Below are positions 57,933 to 64,000 of a stretch of DNA of 64,000 nt, one piece after another. The DNA comes from Limnochordia bacterium. Its GTDB lineage: Bacteria; Bacillota; Limnochordia; Darwinibacteriales; DTU012. Below the pieces are notes generated by a model. That model was given only the letters and a program-made list of their open reading frames with translations. It was not told the origin of the DNA and did no database searches. The DNA lies in contig SKJB01000015.1 of the NCBI GenBank assembly GCA_007116145.1, forward strand, positions 22,101 through 86,100, written 5' to 3'. The translations under genes and the position numbers were made by a program. The first letter of the stretch is position 1. Every line of letters starts with the position of its first letter.

Positions 57933-58667
57933 ATGGGATATTTAGTTCGATTGGAAGTTTATGAAGGGCCTTTTGACTTATTACTTAATCTCATTGAACG
58001 CGATCAAATAGATATTTTGGATATTCCTATAGCAAAAATAGCGCAAGAATATTTAGCGTATTTAAAACAAATGCAAGAGCGAGATCTTGTCGTTAGTGGT
58101 GACTTTTTAGTGATAGCTGCCACCTTACTGCGTATCAAGTCGACGATGCTGTTACCCCGTAATCCAGAGTTCGAAGAGGTTTCTGAATTTGAAGATCCGC
58201 GGGAAGAGTTAATCGCGCAACTCTTAGAATACAAATTCTATAAAGAAGTCGCTCAAACGCTTGTTGATCGTAACCAACAAGCTACAGCGATGTATCCACG
58301 CTTACATTACGAGTCCAATGAGAAGAAGCTGCCGATATACACCAATCCAGTTGGTGATAGCAGCATTCACCAATTAGCCAGTTTGTATCAGCAAGTTCTG
58401 CATGTGGTGAAAGAAAGCGCTCATGTTCATGAAGTTCAGCGCAGAATTTCCTTGTCCGAATGTATGCAAGAATTGCGTGTTCGCCTTATCGCTGGACATG
58501 AGACTACGTTTACACAACTTGTGGGAGCAAGAGATCGCTATCACACTATCGTTACATTTTTGGCCATTCTTGAATTAGTGAAGAAAAGGGAAATTATAAT
58601 AATCCAACATCAAGACTTTGGTGAGATATATTTAGAATTGATCCAAGATCAGGAGGTTGTCTTATGA
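57933..58667 (+). CDS. scpA: Segregation and condensation protein A
   Basis: VRLEVYEGPFDLLLNLIERDQIDILDIPIAKI is the ScpA kleisin N-terminus. ATG 57933 follows AGGTGG. Confidence 0.92.
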   Translation: MGYLVRLEVYEGPFDLLLNLIERDQIDILDIPIAKIAQEYLAYLKQMQERDLVVSGDFLVIAATLLRIKSTMLLPRNPEFEEVSEFEDPREELIAQLLEYKFYKEVAQTLVDRNQQATAMYPRLHYESNEKKLPIYTNPVGDSSIHQLASLYQQVLHVVKESAHVHEVQRRISLSECMQELRVRLIAGHETTFTQLVGARDRYHTIVTFLAILELVKKREIIIIQHQDFGEIYLELIQDQEVVL

Positions 58668-59194
58668 AACTAGAGGAGGCGCAAAAAGTAATCGAAGGTT
58701 TAATATTTGCAGCTCCTTATCCCATTAGTTCGGAGGAGTTAGGTACTATTCTTGAGTTTGAGCCCATTATTGTGGAGCGCCTAATTGAACGAATTCGTGA
58801 ACAGTTTGCGAATAGTGGACTCATGATTCGCACTGTAGCGGGGGGCTATCAGTTTGTGACTCGCCCAGAATTAGTTTCTTGGATTGATAAACTTGGAAGA
58901 CCGCTAATAAGTGCACCACTATCACTTGCAGGGCTTGAAACCTTAGCGATTATCGCCTATCAACAGCCTCTTACCAAGAGCCATGTGGAACAAATTCGTG
59001 GGGTCCGCTCCGATAGTGCAATTAGTACGTTGCTAGATCGTGAATTGATTATGGAGTTTGGACGGAAAGATGGTCCCGGCAGACCTATTCTCTATGGTAC
59101 TACCCAAAAATTTCTAGTTCACTTTGGTTTACGTTCCCTTGATGATTTGCCAGATCGCCCGAAAGTTCCCAGAATAGGTGAAATTAGTGAATAG
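58664..59194 (+). CDS. scpB: Segregation and condensation protein B
   Basis: IEGLIFAAPYPIS..., LETLAIIAYQQPLTKSHVEQIRGV and GRPILYGTT. It overlaps scpA by 4 nt. Confidence 0.93.
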   Translation: MKLEEAQKVIEGLIFAAPYPISSEELGTILEFEPIIVERLIERIREQFANSGLMIRTVAGGYQFVTRPELVSWIDKLGRPLISAPLSLAGLETLAIIAYQQPLTKSHVEQIRGVRSDSAISTLLDRELIMEFGRKDGPGRPILYGTTQKFLVHFGLRSLDDLPDRPKVPRIGEISE

Positions 59195-59243
59195 ATGTTT
59201 GCTTTTTTAGACAGATTAAGATTGAGGTGGTAGGAGTGATGCC

Positions 59244-59864
59244 ATGATTCTCAGTCTTATTGTGTTTTTGTTAACGATAATTGTATTATCTCTACCCTAT
59301 TCATTAGAAATTGCCTATCATCGACATCAACAAGATGATGATCTCAAATTGCTGTTTTGGATAGGACCTATTCCATTTCAAATTCGACTCTCGGTTATTC
59401 GCTGGTTCGGTGATCGGTTTCAAACTCAAGCACAAGTGGGGAATAGTCTTGGAGATGTAGATGTTTCGGCGCAGTTTTCAGTTACTGATCTATTAAAGCT
59501 ACTAGACTCACCAATGCTAAAGTACTTTCAGTTAATTTTTGGTCGTCTGTATAGTTTTGTTCGAGAAATAGCTAAACTTGAAATGCGGGTCAAGTTTAGC
59601 ACGGGTGAGTCAGGATTAACGGCCCTTTCTGCTGGTCTAATTTGGGGTGTAATTGGGACAACTCTCGGGCTGATGAATACTACTTGCGTATTTTCGCAGC
59701 GTCCAATTGTCCAAATTACTCCGTCCTATGGTCCACCGTTGTTGAAATTGCAATTACGTTGTATATTTAGGATTCGACTAGGTCACATTATATTTGAAGG
59801 AATAAAAAATAAGTATCGTTTGTTAATTAGACGGATATTTGGGCAAAGGAGGGTGCACATTTGA
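59244..59864 (+). CDS. ytfI: DUF2953 (YtfI-like) sporulation-associated membrane protein
   Basis: N-terminal TM segment, immediately upstream of and overlapping a ytfJ/gerW homolog, as in Bacillus ytfI-ytfJ. The family call rests mainly on position. Confidence 0.55.
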   Translation: MILSLIVFLLTIIVLSLPYSLEIAYHRHQQDDDLKLLFWIGPIPFQIRLSVIRWFGDRFQTQAQVGNSLGDVDVSAQFSVTDLLKLLDSPMLKYFQLIFGRLYSFVREIAKLEMRVKFSTGESGLTALSAGLIWGVIGTTLGLMNTTCVFSQRPIVQITPSYGPPLLKLQLRCIFRIRLGHIIFEGIKNKYRLLIRRIFGQRRVHI

Positions 59865-60295
59865 GCAATAGTCATCCAATAGAAGGACTAATGCAAACAG
59901 CCATGGACAGTCTAAAATCAATGGTTGATGTTAACACAATTTTAGGAGACCCAGTGGAAACTCCCGATGGATGTGTGATTGTACCTGTCAGCCGTGTGAG
60001 TTTTGGGTTTGCTGCAGGAGGTACCGAGTTTGAGATGGATAAAGCGGAAGAGGATGGAGAAGGGTTCCCCTTTGGAGGTGGAAGCGGAGGTGGAATATCT
60101 TTAAATCCAGTTGCTTTTCTCATTGTTGGTAATGGTCAGGTGCGATTATTGCCTGTCGATAATAGTGCTATTTATGATCGGCTAATTGATATGGTTCCCA
60201 AAGTAGTTGATCAAATCCAGGGGATGCTTGGTAAAGAAAAGACAAATAGTGCAACCAAACAGAGTCATTTTGATGTGGGACAATTACGGACCTAA
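59861..60295 (+). CDS. ytfJ: GerW/YtfJ family spore protein
   Basis: LGDPVETPDGCVIVPVSRVSFGFAAGGTEF...GGGSGGGISLNPVAFLIV is characteristic of YtfJ/GerW. Confidence 0.88.
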   Translation: MSNSHPIEGLMQTAMDSLKSMVDVNTILGDPVETPDGCVIVPVSRVSFGFAAGGTEFEMDKAEEDGEGFPFGGGSGGGISLNPVAFLIVGNGQVRLLPVDNSAIYDRLIDMVPKVVDQIQGMLGKEKTNSATKQSHFDVGQLRT

Positions 60296-60321
60296 AAAAA
60301 GAGGGAAAACCCCTCTTTTTT
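60294..60321 (+). terminator. Rho-independent terminator after ytfJ
   Basis: AAAAAAAGAGGG-aaaac-CCCTCTTTTTT. Confidence 0.85.
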
Positions 60322-60379
60322 GCTTGTAAAGAATAACTAAGTCCGCTATCATAGAAATGATAGACGAGGAGGATTTTAG

Positions 60380-61177
60380 ATGAAAGAACGGTTACAAAAA
60401 GTTATGGCTCATGCAGGAGTTGCATCACGCCGCAAAAGTGAAGAGCTCATGCTCGCCGGAAACGTTTCGGTAAATGGTAGAATTGTGCGTGAATTAGGGT
60501 TTAAAGTGGACTTAAGTAAGGATGTAATTAAAGTGAATGGTAAGGTAATCTACGGTAAAGAAGCGCATGTCTATTACCTTGTACATAAGCCGAAAAACTA
60601 TGTTACCACCGCTAGTGATGAACACGGTCGCAAGACAGTGATGGATTTACTTCATGGAGTTTCTCAACGAGTGTATCCAGTAGGGCGACTCGATTATGAC
60701 TCCGAAGGCTTAGTCATAATGACCAATGACGGTGCTATTGCGCATAGGTTAATGCATCCGAGCTATCATATCCGCAAGTTCTATTTAGTGGAAGTTAAGG
60801 GATTAATCAGTGATGATGCCGTCATAGCATTACGCGCAGGTGTCGAGCTTGAGGACGGAAAAACAAGTCCTGCTTATGTAGAAGTATTATTGCATGACAA
60901 ACGCAAATCTGTAGCAAAAGTAATAATCCACGAAGGTAGAAATAGGCAGGTGAGGCGGATGTTTAGTGCGGTGGGACTTGAGGTCTCTAGACTTACCAGA
61001 ACGCAGATTGGTCCAATAAAGTTAGGGAATCTCACATGTGGGCAGTTTCGACCTCTAACCAATCAAGAGGTGAGTAAGCTACGCCAGGCGATGCGTCATG
61101 CGATAAAACCGAGTAGTGGGGCATCGGAAACTCCAGTGCTAAAGTCAGATGTATCTACCGAGGTGAAACAGAAGTGA
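60380..61177 (+). CDS. rluB: 23S rRNA pseudouridine synthase (RsuA/RluB family)
   Basis: S4 domain (RLQKVMAHAGVASRRKSE) and catalytic motif VYPVGRLDYDSEGL. Confidence 0.92.
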   Translation: MKERLQKVMAHAGVASRRKSEELMLAGNVSVNGRIVRELGFKVDLSKDVIKVNGKVIYGKEAHVYYLVHKPKNYVTTASDEHGRKTVMDLLHGVSQRVYPVGRLDYDSEGLVIMTNDGAIAHRLMHPSYHIRKFYLVEVKGLISDDAVIALRAGVELEDGKTSPAYVEVLLHDKRKSVAKVIIHEGRNRQVRRMFSAVGLEVSRLTRTQIGPIKLGNLTCGQFRPLTNQEVSKLRQAMRHAIKPSSGASETPVLKSDVSTEVKQK

Positions 61178-62415
61178 GCGTTAAAGTGGTTGTTGTGGGT
61201 GGGGGCGCTGCTGGGCTGATTGCTGCTGGATTTGCAGCCAAACAAGGGGCAGACGTAACTGTAGTCGAGAAGATGAACATACTAGGAAAAAAAATAAGGA
61301 TATCTGGAAAAGGTCGATGTAATATTACCAACGCAGCGGATCAAACTACTTTTATCCAAAATTATCCTGGAAATGGTCGGTTCTTATATAGTGCCCTTCA
61401 TCGATTTTCAAATTGGGAACTACTGCATTTTCTTCGTACTTTAGGTGTTGAGACCAAAATAGAAAGAGGCGATCGAGTCTTCCCTGTATCGGATGATGCT
61501 AACCAAATTGCTGAAGCGTTAAGTAATTTTGCTCGTAGCCAAGGGGTGGATATTCTTTTGAATTCCACAGTCACAAAGATTTTAACCGAAGATAATTCTG
61601 TTGTGGGTATCGAGTTAAGTACAAAAATAAGAATACGAGCTGATCGTGTAATTGTGACTACTGGAGGAGCTAGTTATCCAGGTACAGGCTCAACTGGCGA
61701 TGGTTACCGTCTGGCAAAATCCGTTGGTCACGCGGTTACCCCTGCTATACCAGCTTTAGTCCCTTTGCGGATCAAAGAGGACTGGGTTAAGAAATTAACA
61801 GGTCTTAGTTTACGTAACGTCACATTAACGGTATCAAACGGTAGAGTAGAACATCAGCTGTTTGGCGAGATGCAGTTTACTCACTTTGGCATCACAGGTC
61901 CTATCGTTCTCACATTGAGTCGTCAGGTGGCCACTTGGATCCAGCAGGGTTGTGCAAAGATTGAAGCATTTATTGATCTTAAACCAGCATTAAACCACGA
62001 AGCATTAGATCAAAGAATAGTACGAGACTTTGAACAATATGCACGCAAGCAGTTTCGAAATGGTCTCGGCGATTTATTGCCAAAAAGTCTCATTCCGTTT
62101 GTTATAAGTCTAAGTGGGATTAACCCAGAGAAACAAATCAGTCAAATCACCAAAGTGCAGCGCCAAGCACTGATAAACCTATTTAAGAAACTCCCACTAA
62201 CAATCGCAGGAACCCTACCTTTGTCGGCTGCCATTGTTACGGCTGGCGGTGTAGAAGTCAAAGCAATTGATCCGCGTACCATGGAATCTAAGCAAATCAA
62301 AGGACTGTTTTTTGCAGGTGAAGTTCTTGACATTGATGGAGTAACTGGTGGTTTTAATCTCCAGGCTGCATTTTCTACAGGATATCTAGCAGGAATTAGT
62401 GGGGCTCAAGTCTAA
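61174..62415 (+). CDS. BaiN/RdsA (HI0933-like) family NAD(P)/FAD-dependent oxidoreductase
   Basis: VVVGGGAAGL dinucleotide fold, SGKGRCNITN, TGGASYPGTGSTGDGY and FAGEVLDIDGVTGGFNLQ. Confidence 0.88.
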   Translation: MSVKVVVVGGGAAGLIAAGFAAKQGADVTVVEKMNILGKKIRISGKGRCNITNAADQTTFIQNYPGNGRFLYSALHRFSNWELLHFLRTLGVETKIERGDRVFPVSDDANQIAEALSNFARSQGVDILLNSTVTKILTEDNSVVGIELSTKIRIRADRVIVTTGGASYPGTGSTGDGYRLAKSVGHAVTPAIPALVPLRIKEDWVKKLTGLSLRNVTLTVSNGRVEHQLFGEMQFTHFGITGPIVLTLSRQVATWIQQGCAKIEAFIDLKPALNHEALDQRIVRDFEQYARKQFRNGLGDLLPKSLIPFVISLSGINPEKQISQITKVQRQALINLFKKLPLTIAGTLPLSAAIVTAGGVEVKAIDPRTMESKQIKGLFFAGEVLDIDGVTGGFNLQAAFSTGYLAGISGAQV

Positions 62416-62446
62416 TTAACTAGTGGTGTGCAAAGGAGGGTTTATA

Positions 62447-62809
62447 ATGGTTGTAGCCATTCGCGGTGCAATTACCGTGACAACGAATACAAAGTCTGAG
62501 ATTTTAACAGCGACACAAGAAATGATCCAAGCATTGATGGATCAGAACCAATTACAGGAAACCGATCTGATTAGTCTGTTTTTTACAACCACAGCGGATC
62601 TAAACGCAGCCTTTCCAGCAGAAGCTGCGAGGCAATGTGGATTAAGCGCAACGCCACTTATGTGTGCAACAGAAATTCCAGTGCCTAATAGTCTGCCCAA
62701 GTGTATTCGGGTACTTGCCCACTGCAATTCGAACTTGACAAAAAATTCGATTAGACATATTTATCTGCGAGATGCAGTGGCCTTACGAACAGACTTAATA
62801 AAGGGGTAG
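62447..62809 (+). CDS. aroH: Chorismate mutase, AroH class
   Basis: VAIRGAITV N-terminus and the overall BsCM-type pattern. ATG 62447 follows GGAGGG. The ORF track starts at 62423. Confidence 0.88.
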   Translation: MVVAIRGAITVTTNTKSEILTATQEMIQALMDQNQLQETDLISLFFTTTADLNAAFPAEAARQCGLSATPLMCATEIPVPNSLPKCIRVLAHCNSNLTKNSIRHIYLRDAVALRTDLIKG

Positions 62810-62815
62810 GAAGTA

Positions 62816-64000
<1,185 letters not shown>

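Overview
This window reads as a core-chromosome segment of an endospore-forming Firmicute, Clostridia-like in gene content and order. All calls come from reading the ORF translations for family motifs and the DNA for hairpins and Shine-Dalgarno (SD) sites; no searches were run.

Gene content, left to right:
- A reduced dcw cell-wall/division cluster: mraZ', rsmH, ftsL, class B PBP, murE, murF, mraY, ftsW/spoVE, murA, ftsQ, ftsZ.
- An inverted spoIIGA-sigE pair facing sigG-spoIIR-ylmC.
- nrdR, pgeF, ftsK/spoIIIE, a rodZ-like gene, hslO, a UPF0182 membrane protein, spoIIP and murC.
- A minus-strand block holding a SNF2 helicase-YqhG pair, followed by atpZ-atpI-atpB-atpE-atpF-atpH and an antiporter-like membrane protein, with no F1 genes.
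- rimO and pgsA.
- An accessory-looking insert: an unknown protein, an FtsH paralog, malic enzyme, a rhodanese-cysteine desulfurase fusion, DUF441, a YuiD-like protein and an Fn3 lipoprotein.
- cinA, a membrane metallophosphoesterase, recA, recX, rny, an orphan ORF, ymdB and spoVS.
- An M19 dipeptidase, dodecin and a holin-family membrane protein.
- spoVAEA-spoVAF, then a three-gene 2-hydroxyacyl-CoA-dehydratase-like/activase cluster, then lysA.
- An M50 protease, scpA, scpB, ytfI, ytfJ, rluB, a BaiN-like flavoprotein, aroH, hisC and cmk'.

I saw no rRNA, tRNA, CRISPR array, transposase, integrase or prophage genes.

The most unusual observations are:
1. The F-type ATP synthase operon ends after the delta subunit and continues into a shortened Nuo/Mrp antiporter-like protein. 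Its c subunit carries a two-carboxylate Na+-type motif.
2. A split dehydratase-like Fe-S pair plus an ATPase activator sits between spoVAF and lysA.
3. The dcw cluster lacks murD, murG and ftsA, and spoIIGA-sigE is inverted with spoIIR linked to sigG.
4. The SNF2-YqhG operon has a helicase motif II reading AEAH instead of DEAH.
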